DNA from: an uncultured Actinomycetota bacterium
GTDB lineage: Bacteria; Actinomycetota; Actinomycetes; Propionibacteriales; Nocardioidaceae
Assembly: GCA_963723945.1 (NCBI GenBank)
Contig: CAVRSW010000025.1
Span: forward strand, 6,962 to 70,961
DNA length: 64,000 nt
Direction of reading: 5' to 3'
Under the pieces are notes generated by a model. The model ran no database searches. It saw only the letters and a list, made by a program, of their open reading frames with translations, and was not told the DNA's origin. Position 1 is the first letter of the stretch. Every line of letters begins with the position of its first letter. The position numbers and the translations under genes are program-made. This document shows, piece after piece, positions 41,166 through 51,199 of this stretch.

Positions 41166-42386
41166 TCAGCCGGACGCCTCGAAGGTGTCGGCGATCAGCT
41201 CCCCCGCGAGCCCGGCGAGCTCGTCGGCGGTGACCCCGAAGTCGCGCTCCAGCAGCCGGGAGACGTCACGGTCGCGGAACGCTCGCTCCGAGGCCACGGC
41301 GTCCAGCAGGTCGTACGGCGCCCGCGCGTCCCGGTTGGTCTCGAGCCAGCGCATCGCGAACCACGCGATCCCGTACGCCGTGCCGGAGCCCGCGCTGCGG
41401 AACTCGGTGTCCGACGGCATGGCGGTGACGCCGTCGCCGTCCTCGGCGGCCCGCACCGCGGACGTCGCGATCTGGAAGGTGGTGTCGCCGCGCCACGACG
41501 CCCACTCCGCGAGGCCCTCGACGATCCAGAGCGGCATCCGGCGGTCGCGCTGCCCGATCGCGACGTGCGCGAACTCGTGGCGGATCAGGTTGAGCAGGAC
41601 GTCGTCGGTCTGCCGCAGCATCTCCGGCACCAGCACCACCCGGGACGCCACCGGGTCGCCGTCGCGGTCGTCGACCTCCCGCGCGATGCCACCGAGCCGC
41701 TCGATCTCCTCCGGCCGGAAGCCGTCGTCGCGCAGCGTGTCGATCGTCGACGGCGCGAGCACCACCACACCGTGGTCGAGGGGGAACGGTACGTAGCTGC
41801 TGGTCGCCGCGCGCGCCTCCTGGGCCAGCCGCAGCAGCCGGTCGCCCTGGTCCGCGGAGCGCCGGTCGAGGACCAGGATCACGCCGTCGCCCTTCCTGAC
41901 CCGTGCGCCGGCGAGGGTCCACGGAGCCGCCACGACCTGGGACGGCGCGAACCGGTCTCGCAGCACCCGCCAGCCGTGCTCGCCCTGCTGCAGCTCCAGC
42001 ACGTGGCTGGCCGCGACCGGCCGCGGGTCGAAGCCCTCGAGCCGGACCAGGAGCTGGGCGGACACCCGAGTGACGACGCCCTCGTCGACACGGTCGATCG
42101 AGCTCACGTCGTACGTCGCGGTGGCGACCGGCAGGTCGCCGAGTGCCTCGAAGGCGGCGACCTGCGACCGGCGGTCGTCTCCCGCCACGGTCGTGGCGAC
42201 GAACGCCGGCAGCCGGTCGGCGCGGATCGCCCGGGCGCGGCGGGCCAGCAGCCGCTCGACCTGCCGCTGCGACGCGACGGCCGGAGCCGGCTCCTCGGCG
42301 GGCTGGTCGGGGGACGACGGGCTGCCGGTGCATCCCGCCAGGAGCCCCGCCACGAGGGCAGCAGTGAGGGGCGTCCCGGGAGTCAC
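41166..42386 (-). CDS. Lipoprotein with HEXXH (gluzincin / peptidase MA-like) domain
   Basis: Lipobox LLAGC, HEFAH and downstream WIVEGLAEW. Confidence 0.75.
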   Translation of the reverse strand: MTPGTPLTAALVAGLLAGCTGSPSSPDQPAEEPAPAVASQRQVERLLARRARAIRADRLPAFVATTVAGDDRRSQVAAFEALGDLPVATATYDVSSIDRVDEGVVTRVSAQLLVRLEGFDPRPVAASHVLELQQGEHGWRVLRDRFAPSQVVAAPWTLAGARVRKGDGVILVLDRRSADQGDRLLRLAQEARAATSSYVPFPLDHGVVVLAPSTIDTLRDDGFRPEEIERLGGIAREVDDRDGDPVASRVVLVPEMLRQTDDVLLNLIRHEFAHVAIGQRDRRMPLWIVEGLAEWASWRGDTTFQIATSAVRAAEDGDGVTAMPSDTEFRSAGSGTAYGIAWFAMRWLETNRDARAPYDLLDAVASERAFRDRDVSRLLERDFGVTADELAGLAGELIADTFEASG

Positions 42387-42412
42387 GCGCCACACAGTGG
42401 TCCGTCCGCTCC

Positions 42413-44317
42413 TCAGTGCGGCTGGTCGACGTCGAGCGCCGGATGGGCGCCCGCGAGGGCGGTGACGTCCTCGACGATGCCGCGGGCGAGGGTCTGCGCG
42501 TCGAGGCCGATCCGCTCCAGGATCACCGCGCGCTTGGCGTGGTCGAGGAACTCCTGCGGGATGCCGTGCAGCCGGAACGGGGTGGTGACACCGGCGTCGT
42601 TGAGCTCCTGCAGCAACCGGGCCCCGGTGCCGCCGACCCGGCCGTTGTCCTCGAGGTGGACGACCAGGTCGTGGTCGCGCGCAAGGTCGACCAGGGCCGG
42701 GTCGACCGGCTTGACCCAGCGCGGGTCGACGACGGTGACGCCGATCCCCTGGGCGACCAGCCGCTCCCCCACCTCGACGGCGGTGGCGGCCATCGACCCG
42801 ACGCCGACCACGAGGACGTCGCGGGTGCCGTTGCGGAGCAGCACGTCGACGCCGCCGACCCGGTCGACGGCCGGGATGTCGTCGGGCGGCGGACCCTTCG
42901 GGAAGCGCACCACCGTCGGGGCGTCGTCGACCTCGACCGCCTCGCCGAGCAGCTCGCGCAGCCGGGCGCCGTCGCGCGGGGCCGCCAGGCGCAGACCGGG
43001 GACGACCTGGAGCACCGACATGTCCCACATGCCGTTGTGGCTGGCGCCGTCGTCGCCGGTCACGCCGGCCCGGTCGAGCACGAAGGTGACGCCGCAGCGA
43101 TGCAGCGCGCAGTCCATCAGCACCTGGTCGAAGGCCCGGTTGAGGAAGGTCGCGTAGACGGCCACCACGGGGTGCAGGCCGCCCATCGCGAGGCCGGCCG
43201 CGCTGGTCGCGGCGTGCTGCTCGGCGATCCCGACGTCGAAGGTGCGTTCGGGGAAGTGGGACTGGAAGCGGTCCAGCCCGACCGGGTGCATCATCGCGGC
43301 GGTGATCGCGACGACGTCCTGACGGCGCCGGCCGATGCGGACGATCTCGTCGGCGAAGACGTCGGTCCAGATGTCGCCCTTGGGGTCCTCCTCGCCGGTC
43401 TCGACGTCGAAGGGTCCCGGGGAGTGGAACTGGTCGGCCTCGTGCTTCTCGGCCGCGTCGTAGCCGAACCCCTTGCGGGTGAGCGCGTGGACGATGACCG
43501 GTCCGTCGAATCGCTTGGCCTGCGCCAGCACCTGCTCCATCGCGGCCAGGTCGTGGCCGTCGACCGGGCCGACGTACTTCAGGCCGAGGTCCTCGAAGAG
43601 TCCCTGCGGGGCGAGCGCGTCCTTCATGCCCTTCTTGACCGCGTGCAGCACGTCGTACGTCGCGGGGCCGATGCCGCGGACGGCCTTCAGCCGCTTCTTG
43701 ATCAGGTCGAGGACCTGCTCGTAACGGGGGCTGGTGCGCAGCCCGGTGAGCGCCGTGGCCAGGCCGCCGACGGTCGGGGTGTAGGAGCGGCCGTTGTCGT
43801 TGACCACGATCACCAGCCGGCTGGTGCGGGCGATCGCGATGTTGTTGAGGGCCTCCCAGGCCATGCCGCCGGTGAGCGCGCCGTCGCCGATCACGGCGAC
43901 GACGTGGCGGCCCTCGCCGCGCACCGTGTAGGCCTTGGCCAGACCGTCGGCGTAGGAGAGCGCGGTGGAGGCGTGGGAGTTCTCGACGATGTCGTGCTCG
44001 GACTCGGCCTGGCTGGGGTAGCCGCTGACGCCACCCTCCTGGCGGAGCCGCTCGAAGCCGGCCATCCGGCCGGTGAGCAGCTTGTGGACGTACGCCTGGT
44101 GGCCGGTGTCGAAGACCACGCGGTCGGTCGGGCTGTCGAAGACCCGGTGGATCGCCATGGTCAGCTCGACCACGCCGAGGTTGGGACCGAGGTGGCCGCC
44201 CCGCGGAGCGCAGGTGCGGACCAGGAAGTCACGGATCTCGCTGGCGAGCTCGTCGAGCTGGTCGGCCGAGAGGTCGCGCAGGTCACGCGGCGAGGTGATC
44301 GACTCGAGGCGGCCCAT
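42413..44317 (-). CDS. dxs: 1-deoxy-D-xylulose-5-phosphate synthase
   Basis: [39 protein letters not shown] and DRAG motifs. Confidence 0.97.
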   Translation of the reverse strand: MGRLESITSPRDLRDLSADQLDELASEIRDFLVRTCAPRGGHLGPNLGVVELTMAIHRVFDSPTDRVVFDTGHQAYVHKLLTGRMAGFERLRQEGGVSGYPSQAESEHDIVENSHASTALSYADGLAKAYTVRGEGRHVVAVIGDGALTGGMAWEALNNIAIARTSRLVIVVNDNGRSYTPTVGGLATALTGLRTSPRYEQVLDLIKKRLKAVRGIGPATYDVLHAVKKGMKDALAPQGLFEDLGLKYVGPVDGHDLAAMEQVLAQAKRFDGPVIVHALTRKGFGYDAAEKHEADQFHSPGPFDVETGEEDPKGDIWTDVFADEIVRIGRRRQDVVAITAAMMHPVGLDRFQSHFPERTFDVGIAEQHAATSAAGLAMGGLHPVVAVYATFLNRAFDQVLMDCALHRCGVTFVLDRAGVTGDDGASHNGMWDMSVLQVVPGLRLAAPRDGARLRELLGEAVEVDDAPTVVRFPKGPPPDDIPAVDRVGGVDVLLRNGTRDVLVVGVGSMAATAVEVGERLVAQGIGVTVVDPRWVKPVDPALVDLARDHDLVVHLEDNGRVGGTGARLLQELNDAGVTTPFRLHGIPQEFLDHAKRAVILERIGLDAQTLARGIVEDVTALAGAHPALDVDQPH

Positions 44318-44391
44318 GGGAGTCGAGTCTAGGGGCCCCCGCCGCGCGATGGCCCGTTGGCGGCGGCCCTCCCGGCGAGCGCCCGTTCGGG

Positions 44392-45045
44392 TCAGCCGCG
44401 GTCCTGCCACGTGCAGAGGCAGGCCTTGTTGCCGTCGGGGTCGGCCAGCACCCAGAACGACGGCGCCTCGGCGTCGCTGGCCAGGGTGCCGCCGGCCGCG
44501 AGCGCCGCGTCGATCCGGGGCTGCACCTGCTCCGGCGGGAGCCAGACGTCGACGTGGAACCGTTGCCGGGGCTCCTCGTGGTCCTCGGTGTCCTGGAACC
44601 ACAGGGTGGGGACGTCACCGGTCCCGCTCCTCACCGAGTTGCCGGTGAGCTCGCCGTCGAGCACCGCCGCCCAGAACGGGCCGATCCGGTCCGGGTGGGA
44701 GGTGTCGATCGCGAGCTCGACCTCCTGCAGGCTCGCCGTGTCGGGGCGGGCGCCCGCCTCGGCCGCCAGTCCGCTCACGGTGCGCGCCAGGTCGAGGTCG
44801 CGGGAGGTGATGCCGCCGACGTCGTGGCTGGCCAGCGCGACGTCGAGCCGGCCCCACCGCAGGTCGAGGTCCGGGTGGTGGTTGGCGGCCTCGGCCGCCT
44901 CGCCGACCTGCTGCGTCAGCTGGGCGGCGGAGGCGAAGTCGTCGGTCGCGTACCGGGCCCGCAGCACGCCCAGCACCAGCCGCCAGTCATCGAGTCCGGC
45001 GTCGGCCACCTGTCGTGCGGTCAGCTTCTGCTTCGGGTCGCTCAT
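44392..45045 (-). CDS. Pterin-4a-carbinolamine dehydratase / VOC fusion protein
   Basis: N-terminal [10 protein letters not shown] and [11 protein letters not shown]; C-terminal RFHVDV and [11 protein letters not shown]. Confidence 0.85.
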   Translation of the reverse strand: MSDPKQKLTARQVADAGLDDWRLVLGVLRARYATDDFASAAQLTQQVGEAAEAANHHPDLDLRWGRLDVALASHDVGGITSRDLDLARTVSGLAAEAGARPDTASLQEVELAIDTSHPDRIGPFWAAVLDGELTGNSVRSGTGDVPTLWFQDTEDHEEPRQRFHVDVWLPPEQVQPRIDAALAAGGTLASDAEAPSFWVLADPDGNKACLCTWQDRG

Positions 45046-45908
45046 GTGACGAGTCTGGCGTAGAGACCGGACCGGAGGAACCCCGGGACGACGGCACTCG
45101 CCGACCGGGTGAGCGGCAGCTCGGGCACGCTGGCGCCGTCGACGAAGACCATCTGCCGGCCCTCCCGGCACTCCACGTCGTCGTCACCGAGGTCGGTCGC
45201 GGCGACGAAGAACCGCATCCGGTCGTGGCTGCCGTAGACGTCGGTGTGGTCGACCCGCGCCTCGCCGACCAGCGTCAGCGACTCGGGGGCCACCCTCACG
45301 CCGGTCTCCTCGGCCAGCTCCCGCACCGCTCCGGCGAGGAACGTCTCGCCGTCGTCGAGGTGACCGCCCGGGAGGCCCCAGCGACCGGGGTCGAGGATCG
45401 GGTTGTCGTCGCGCTCCTGCATCAGCACGGCGCCCGTCGGCGCCACCAGTCCCACGCTGGCGAAGCGGCGCGACGGCGCCCCGCCGAACCGGTCGCGGTA
45501 GGCGGGCGAGTCGAGCAGGTCGGGGAGCTGCATGGTCGCCGCGACCAGCAGCGGCAGGTCGAACAGGCGGCCTGGCTCGACGAAGACCATCTGCCGGCCC
45601 TCGCCGCAGGTCACGTCGGCGTCGGAGACGTCCGCGTACACCACGAACAGCTCGTAGGTGTCGACGCCGCCGCACGGGTCGGAGTGGAACCGGGTGCGGC
45701 CCAGGCTGGCCAGGTCGTCGGGTGCGACCCGGAGGGCGGTCTCCTCCTCGAGCTCGCGGACCGCCGCCTCGACGAAGCCCTCGCCGTCCTCGAGCCGGCC
45801 GCCGGGCAGTCCCCACAGGTCGGGGTGGACCGGCGCGTGCTCGTCACGCTCCTGCATCAGGACCCGTCCGTGCGGGTCGACAACGGCCACGCTCGCGAAG
45901 TGGTGCAC
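45042..45908 (-). CDS. Tandem two-domain Nudix hydrolase
   Basis: Two Nudix boxes, GRLEDGEGFVEAAVRELEEETAL and GHLDDGETFLAGAVRELAEETGV; LMQERD and CxEGRQMVFV are duplicated. Confidence 0.9.
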   Translation of the reverse strand: MHHFASVAVVDPHGRVLMQERDEHAPVHPDLWGLPGGRLEDGEGFVEAAVRELEEETALRVAPDDLASLGRTRFHSDPCGGVDTYELFVVYADVSDADVTCGEGRQMVFVEPGRLFDLPLLVAATMQLPDLLDSPAYRDRFGGAPSRRFASVGLVAPTGAVLMQERDDNPILDPGRWGLPGGHLDDGETFLAGAVRELAEETGVRVAPESLTLVGEARVDHTDVYGSHDRMRFFVAATDLGDDDVECREGRQMVFVDGASVPELPLTRSASAVVPGFLRSGLYARLVT

Positions 45909-45912
45909 CGGC

Positions 45913-46566
45913 TCAGCCCTCGTACGGGATCTCGGTACGCCAGTCGGCGACGTCCTGGTGGGCGGCCGCGTGGATCGCCTCGGCGACCCGGTCGGGCGTG
46001 AACGGGCCCTCGCGGCCGAGCGTGCCGCGGACGGTGACCGAGACCGCCCGGATGCCGTCGGGCTCGAGCGTGGCGTCGATGCTGCGGACCAGGTTGCGCA
46101 ACCCGGCCTTCTGCACGCCCAGGCTCGCCGCCCGGTGCCACGGCTCGTCGGCCGCCATGCTCCCGGTCGCCGTGACCCGGGCGCCGGCGGACATGTGGGG
46201 CCGGGCGGCCTGCAGCGTCGTCAGCAGTGCCCCGACCCCGAGCGTCACGTCGGTCAGCAGGTCGGCGACGCTGAGCTCGAGCGGGTCCTGCTCCCGGAAG
46301 GCACTCGGGTTGAAGTGGAGGACGTCGACGCCGCCGAGCTCGCGGGCCAGCCCGGCCACCGCCTCGGTGGCGGCGTCGTGGTCGGTCAGGTCGGCGATCC
46401 GCCGGGCCGTGGTCGCGCCCAGCTCCTGCAGCTCGGCGGCGAGGTCGCGCAACGCATCGTCGTCGACACCGAGCAGGCCGACGTCGTGGCCGTCACGGGC
46501 GAACCGGCGGGCGACCGAGCCGCTGACCCCGGGGCCGGCGCCGACGACGAGGATCACGGGTCTCAT
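45913..46566 (-). CDS. SDR family oxidoreductase (atypical)
   Basis: VGAGPGVS, LHFNPS and SLGVQKAGLRNL motifs. Confidence 0.8.
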   Translation of the reverse strand: MRPVILVVGAGPGVSGSVARRFARDGHDVGLLGVDDDALRDLAAELQELGATTARRIADLTDHDAATEAVAGLARELGGVDVLHFNPSAFREQDPLELSVADLLTDVTLGVGALLTTLQAARPHMSAGARVTATGSMAADEPWHRAASLGVQKAGLRNLVRSIDATLEPDGIRAVSVTVRGTLGREGPFTPDRVAEAIHAAAHQDVADWRTEIPYEG

Positions 46567-46602
46567 GCCCGGGACGCTACCCCGACCGGGGCGTGGGCGC
46601 GC

Positions 46603-46974
46603 TCACAGCCGGGCCACGTAGCGGCGCCCACGCAGCGCCTCCTCGACGAGCCCGACGGCCCGGCGTACGGCCATCAGCCGCGCCTCCTCGAGCTGGAAGG
46701 TCGAGATGGCGGCGTCGACGACGGCCGGACCCGCCACCTGGGCGAGGTCGGCCCGCGCCTCGCTCAGGCCGCGTCGGCAGGCCGCCTGGTTGGCCTCGAC
46801 GTGGAGCACCGCGAACCGGGCCAGGACCACGACGTGGCGCCGCAGCCCGGCGTAGCGGCGGTAGTCGGGCGGGCAGAGGTCGAGCAGCCAGCTCGCCGCC
46901 GTGGCCTCCCAGTCGGGGGCATCGGGCGGCCGCACCTCGCGCGGCCAGCCGGGTGGTGCGACGTGGGTGGACAT
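46603..46974 (-). CDS. Hypothetical protein (actinobacterial type), LexA box in promoter
   Basis: 123-aa ORF PPGWPREVRPP..WLLDLCPPDYR..LRRH with a leaderless TAGCAT promoter. Confidence 0.75.
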   Translation of the reverse strand: MSTHVAPPGWPREVRPPDAPDWEATAASWLLDLCPPDYRRYAGLRRHVVVLARFAVLHVEANQAACRRGLSEARADLAQVAGPAVVDAAISTFQLEEARLMAVRRAVGLVEEALRGRRYVARL

Positions 46975-46980
46975 CCCCCC

Positions 46981-47002
46981 ATGCTATCGAACAGGTGTTC
47001 GG
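46981..47002 (-). promoter_or_regulatory. LexA SOS box directly abutting the -10 element
   Basis: TCGAACAGGTGTTCGG (46987-47002), one mismatch to TCGAAC-N4-GTTCGA; on the minus strand followed by TAGCAT-N6-ATG. Confidence 0.85.
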
Positions 47003-47006
47003 ATCG

Positions 47007-47576
47007 TCACTCCCCCAGCGCCTCTCGCACCCGCGCCAGCCGCTCGCCCCGCAGACCGGTCGCGTCGTGGCGCCAGAAGACGTCGGGATAGACCACGCGG
47101 CCGCGGGCGCCACGGTCGTCGAGGACCGCGACCTGGAAGGCCGGCCCGGGGATCCGCTCGGTCGGGCGCAGGAAGCCGCGGGCGAGGGCGGGCCCGAATC
47201 CGCGCCTCCCGTAGTAGCCCGGGTCGCCCTCCAGGAAGACGTACGCCGCACCCCGCTCGCGGGCCGCCTCGAGCGCGGCCGCCACCAGCCGGCCACCGAG
47301 CCCGGCGCCCTGCCGGTCGGGGCGTACGCCGAGCGGGCTCAGGCACAGTGCCCGGACCAGCGCCTCGTCGTCGACCCAGCACTCGTCGAGGGCGACGTGG
47401 CCGACCACCTCGTCGCCGTCGACCGCGACCAGCTCGAGCTCCATCCGGCCGGTGTCCCGGAGCTCGTCGACCAGCTCGGCGACCCCGTCCTGAGGGCCGA
47501 ACGCCGCCCGCACCACCGCGTGGATCGCTGCCGCGTCGCCGGCGCGTGCCTGACGGATCTTCGTGCCCTTCGTCAT
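47007..47576 (-). CDS. GNAT N-acetyltransferase (YhbS-like)
   Basis: LSPLGVRPDRQGAGLG and LEGDPGYYGRRGF motifs. Confidence 0.88.
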   Translation of the reverse strand: MTKGTKIRQARAGDAAAIHAVVRAAFGPQDGVAELVDELRDTGRMELELVAVDGDEVVGHVALDECWVDDEALVRALCLSPLGVRPDRQGAGLGGRLVAAALEAARERGAAYVFLEGDPGYYGRRGFGPALARGFLRPTERIPGPAFQVAVLDDRGARGRVVYPDVFWRHDATGLRGERLARVREALGE

Positions 47577-47618
47577 GTCCGGACCCAACCAGCCACCGGC
47601 GCCGCGGGCAACGCGATT

Positions 47619-48023
47619 TCACCCGGCGAGGAAGGAGAACCGCACCTCGCGGTCGGGGTTGTCGACGTTGAGGTCGACCAGGCAGATGCTCTGCCAGGTG
47701 CCGAGCGCCAGCCGGCCGCCGAGGACCGGGACCGTGGCGTACGGCGGGACCAGCGCGGGCATGACGTGGCTGCGGCCGTGGCCGGGGGTGCCGTGACGGT
47801 GCCGCCAGCGGTCGTCCGCGGGGAGCAGGTCCGCGAGCGCGGCGAGCAGGTCGTCGTCGCTGCCGGCGCCGGTCTCGAGGATCGCGACGCCGGCCGTGGC
47901 GTGCGGGACGAACAGGTGGAGCAGGCCGTCACCCCGGTCGGCCACGACGTCGGCGCAGTCGCGGGTCAGGTCGAGCACGCGGTCGGTGTCGCCGGTGCGG
48001 TAGCTGCGGGTCTCGGTGTGCAC
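47619..48023 (-). CDS. YjbQ (UPF0047) family protein
   Basis: HATAG, HGRSH and LALGTWQSI motifs. Confidence 0.9.
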   Translation of the reverse strand: MHTETRSYRTGDTDRVLDLTRDCADVVADRGDGLLHLFVPHATAGVAILETGAGSDDDLLAALADLLPADDRWRHRHGTPGHGRSHVMPALVPPYATVPVLGGRLALGTWQSICLVDLNVDNPDREVRFSFLAG

Positions 48024-48058
48024 TCCCCCGATCGTGCCACCTCTGGTTGGCTGGCCCC

Positions 48059-48856
48059 ATGGACGTGCAGTCGCTGGCCTTCCGCACCGAGCTGGCCCTG
48101 CTGCAGCGCGCGGGCAGCCTCGTCGAGGACCGGGGCGACCACGTCGTGGTCCGGACGCCCACCAACCCGACCTACTACTGGGGCAACTTCCTGCTGCTCG
48201 CCGTCGCGCCCGACGACGTCGCACGGGTCGAGCACTGGAAGCGGGTCCACCACGCGGAGTTCCCGGACGCCGGGCACGTGTCGCTCGGCATCGACCGACC
48301 TGGATCGGTGGTCGACGACACCGCGGTGCTGGTGGAGGCGGGCATGCGGGTCGAGGAGGTGGTGGCGATGACCGCCTCCTCCGTGCACCCGCCGGCACGG
48401 CCGGCGCGGGACGCGGAGATCCGGGTGCTGGCGGGCGACGCGGACTGGGAGCAGCAGCTCGACCTGATGGTCGAGGGTGAGGACGACGCCCACATCACGC
48501 GCGACTTCGCCGCGCGCAAGGTCGCGGCCAACCGGGAGCTCACGGAGGCCGGAGCCGGGGCGTGGTGGGGCGGCTTCGTGGACGGCCGGCTGGTCGCCTC
48601 GCTCGGCATCTTCACCGCCGGCGAGGGGCTGGCGCGGTTCCAGTCGGTGAAGACCCTCGCCGACTTCCGCAACCAGGGACTGGCCGGCGCCCTGGTCGTC
48701 GCGGCCAGCCGGTACGCCGCCGCCGAGCTCGGCGCGGGGCGGCTGGTGATGGCCGCCGACCCGTCGTACTCCGCGATCCGGGTCTATCGCGCCGTCGGCT
48801 TCACCGAGGGCGGGACCCACCTCGAGGCCACGCTCGCGCCGGGATCGGCGTCGTGA
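48059..48856 (+). CDS. GNAT N-acetyltransferase
   Basis: NPTYYWGNF, ARFQSVKT..FRNQGLA and VYRAVGF motifs. Confidence 0.85.
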   Translation: MDVQSLAFRTELALLQRAGSLVEDRGDHVVVRTPTNPTYYWGNFLLLAVAPDDVARVEHWKRVHHAEFPDAGHVSLGIDRPGSVVDDTAVLVEAGMRVEEVVAMTASSVHPPARPARDAEIRVLAGDADWEQQLDLMVEGEDDAHITRDFAARKVAANRELTEAGAGAWWGGFVDGRLVASLGIFTAGEGLARFQSVKTLADFRNQGLAGALVVAASRYAAAELGAGRLVMAADPSYSAIRVYRAVGFTEGGTHLEATLAPGSAS

Positions 48857-49860
48857 TCCGCCGGGCCAGGGTTGCCGTCGCGGCCTGCCTCGCGCTCGCC
48901 GCCTGCGGCGGGCCGGACGCGGCGCCCTCGTCCGGTGAGGGCGAGCCGTCCGCCTCGTCGTCGTCCCCCGTTGCGGAGGCACCGGCGGTGCCGGTGGAAG
49001 GGGGCCCGGTCGGCGTCACGGCCGCGTTCGACGGGACGGTCTGGGTGGTGAGCCCGGGCACCGGCACCGTGTCCCGGATCCCGCCGGGCGCCGACGAGCC
49101 CGACCTGGCGGTCCACGTCGGGGAGCTGCCGCTGCGTGCGGTGGCGGCGGACGGCGCGGTGTGGACCACCGTCTTCGGCGACAGTGAGCTGGTCCGGATC
49201 GACCCCGGGCGCGGCCGCGTGGCGCACCGGATCCGGACCGGCGCGGAGCCCGAGGGCGTAGCGGCCGGGTTCGGGCTGATCTGGGTGGTCACCCAGGGCG
49301 CGGGCGACCTGCTGCGCGTCGACCCCGAGCTCGGCGAGATCATCTCCCGCACCGACATCGGAAAGGGCGCCCGGCTGGTGGAGGTCGGCCACGACGCCGC
49401 GTACGTCGCGCAGTTCGAGCAGGACCGGGTGCTCCGCGTCGCACCCGGCAGCGGTCGTATCACCGCGCGCAGTCCAGAGGTGTGCGACGGGCCGCAGGGC
49501 ATGGCGGAGACCGGGGACCTGCTGTGGGTCGCCTGCACGCCGGACGACCTCGTCGTCGGCCTGGACCCGGTGTCGCTGCGGGTGCGGGAGCGGGTGGAGG
49601 TGCCCGGCCAGCCGGACTCGGTCGCCGTCGACGCCGACGGCTCGCTGCTGGTCGCGGCCTCCGACGGCCCCACGCTGACCCGCGTCGACCCCGCCGAGGC
49701 AGCCGTCATCGGCACGCTCGCGCTCTCCGACGAGCTCCCGCTCTACGACGAGGCCAACCTCGACCTCGCGCTCGCCGACGGCGAGGCGTGGGTGTCGTCG
49801 TACGTCGCCGACCTGGTCCACCACGTACCGCTCACGGACCTCCCCGGCTCGGGGTCGTAG
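48853..49860 (+). CDS. Beta-propeller lipoprotein (Vgb/YncE-like)
   Basis: Lipobox LAAC and repeated P.GV...G.VWV....G.L.R.DP blades. Confidence 0.75.
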   Translation: MIRRARVAVAACLALAACGGPDAAPSSGEGEPSASSSSPVAEAPAVPVEGGPVGVTAAFDGTVWVVSPGTGTVSRIPPGADEPDLAVHVGELPLRAVAADGAVWTTVFGDSELVRIDPGRGRVAHRIRTGAEPEGVAAGFGLIWVVTQGAGDLLRVDPELGEIISRTDIGKGARLVEVGHDAAYVAQFEQDRVLRVAPGSGRITARSPEVCDGPQGMAETGDLLWVACTPDDLVVGLDPVSLRVRERVEVPGQPDSVAVDADGSLLVAASDGPTLTRVDPAEAAVIGTLALSDELPLYDEANLDLALADGEAWVSSYVADLVHHVPLTDLPGSGS

Positions 49861-49861
49861 C

Positions 49862-51199
49862 GTGTCGGCCGTGACCGACGCTGCCGCCACCGACGACGCG
49901 GTCGTCGGGCTGACCCGCGAGCTGATCCGGCTCGACACCACCAACCGCGGCGCCTCCGGCACCGAGACCCTCGCCGCCGAGCTGTTGCGCGACCACCTGG
50001 CCGCCGCCGGCGTGGAGGCGGAGCTGGTGGCGCGGGAGCCGTCGCGGGCCAACCTCGTGGCGAGGATCCCGGGGACCGACCCGGACGCGCCGTCGCTGGC
50101 CTTCGTCGGCCACACCGACGTGGTCCCGGTCGACGGCCAGGAGTGGACGCACCCACCCTTCGAGGCGGTCGTCGACGACGACGGCTGGCTGTGGGGCCGT
50201 GGCGCCATCGACATGAAGAACGAGGTCGCGGCCCGCGCGGTCGCGATGGCGGCGCTGGCGCGGGAGGGCTTCCGGCCGCGGGGCGACCTGTGGTTCGTGG
50301 CGGTCGCCGACGAGGAGGACGGCAGCGCGGACGTGGGGATGCGCTGGCTGCTGGAGCAGCGGCCCGACATCCGGCCGTCGATGGCGATCAACGAGGGCGG
50401 CGGTGCCCGGCTCGCCCTGGCCGACGGCCGGGCGGCCCTCGCGATCGCGGTCGGCGAGAAGGGCACCTGCCCGGTCCGGTTGGTCGCGCTCGGCGAGGCC
50501 GGCCACGCCTCCATGCCCGGGGTCGGCGACAACGCCGTCCCCCACCTGGCGACGCTGCTCACCCGGATCGGGTCCGGGATGCCCGACCCGGTCCACGACC
50601 CCGTGGTCGACCACACCCTGGAGGTGCTGCTCGGCCGCCCGGTCGGCGACCTCGGGGCCGACCTCGTCGAGGCCGCGGCGCTGCACCCCGCGCTCGGCCA
50701 CGAGCTGCCGGCGCTGCCGGGGACGACGATGGCGCCGACCATGCTCGCGGGGTCGACGGCTCGCAACGTGATGCCGGCCCGGGCGTCGGTCGAGCTCGAC
50801 TGCCGGACGTTGCCCGGCACCAGCCCCGACGACGTGCTGGCGGCGGTGCGCGGCCGGCTCGGTGACGACCTGCGGTTCCGGCTGGAGCGGCCCGAGGAGA
50901 TGGTGCCCGGCAGCGCGTCGGCGCCGACCGGTCCGCTGCCCGACGCGGTGGCCCGCTGCCTGGCCGAGCTCGACCCCGAGGCCCTGCTGCTGCCCGTCCT
51001 CTGCACGGGCTTCACCGACTCGGTGCACCTGCGGGCGGCGGCCGGCACCGCGGCGTACGGGTTCAGCCCGTTCCGGACGACGCCGGCGGAGGTGCTCGCC
51101 GAGGGCTACCACAACGCGGACGAGCGGGTGCACGTCGACGACCTGCGGCTCTCGGCCCGGTTCCACGTGATGCTGGCGCGGCAGCTGCTCAGCGGATGA
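49862..51199 (+). CDS. M20/M25/M40 metallo-hydrolase (ArgE/DapE-like)
   Basis: GHTDVVP, WGRGAIDMK, ADEE, GEKG and HNADER motifs. Confidence 0.9.
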   Translation: MSAVTDAAATDDAVVGLTRELIRLDTTNRGASGTETLAAELLRDHLAAAGVEAELVAREPSRANLVARIPGTDPDAPSLAFVGHTDVVPVDGQEWTHPPFEAVVDDDGWLWGRGAIDMKNEVAARAVAMAALAREGFRPRGDLWFVAVADEEDGSADVGMRWLLEQRPDIRPSMAINEGGGARLALADGRAALAIAVGEKGTCPVRLVALGEAGHASMPGVGDNAVPHLATLLTRIGSGMPDPVHDPVVDHTLEVLLGRPVGDLGADLVEAAALHPALGHELPALPGTTMAPTMLAGSTARNVMPARASVELDCRTLPGTSPDDVLAAVRGRLGDDLRFRLERPEEMVPGSASAPTGPLPDAVARCLAELDPEALLLPVLCTGFTDSVHLRAAAGTAAYGFSPFRTTPAEVLAEGYHNADERVHVDDLRLSARFHVMLARQLLSG

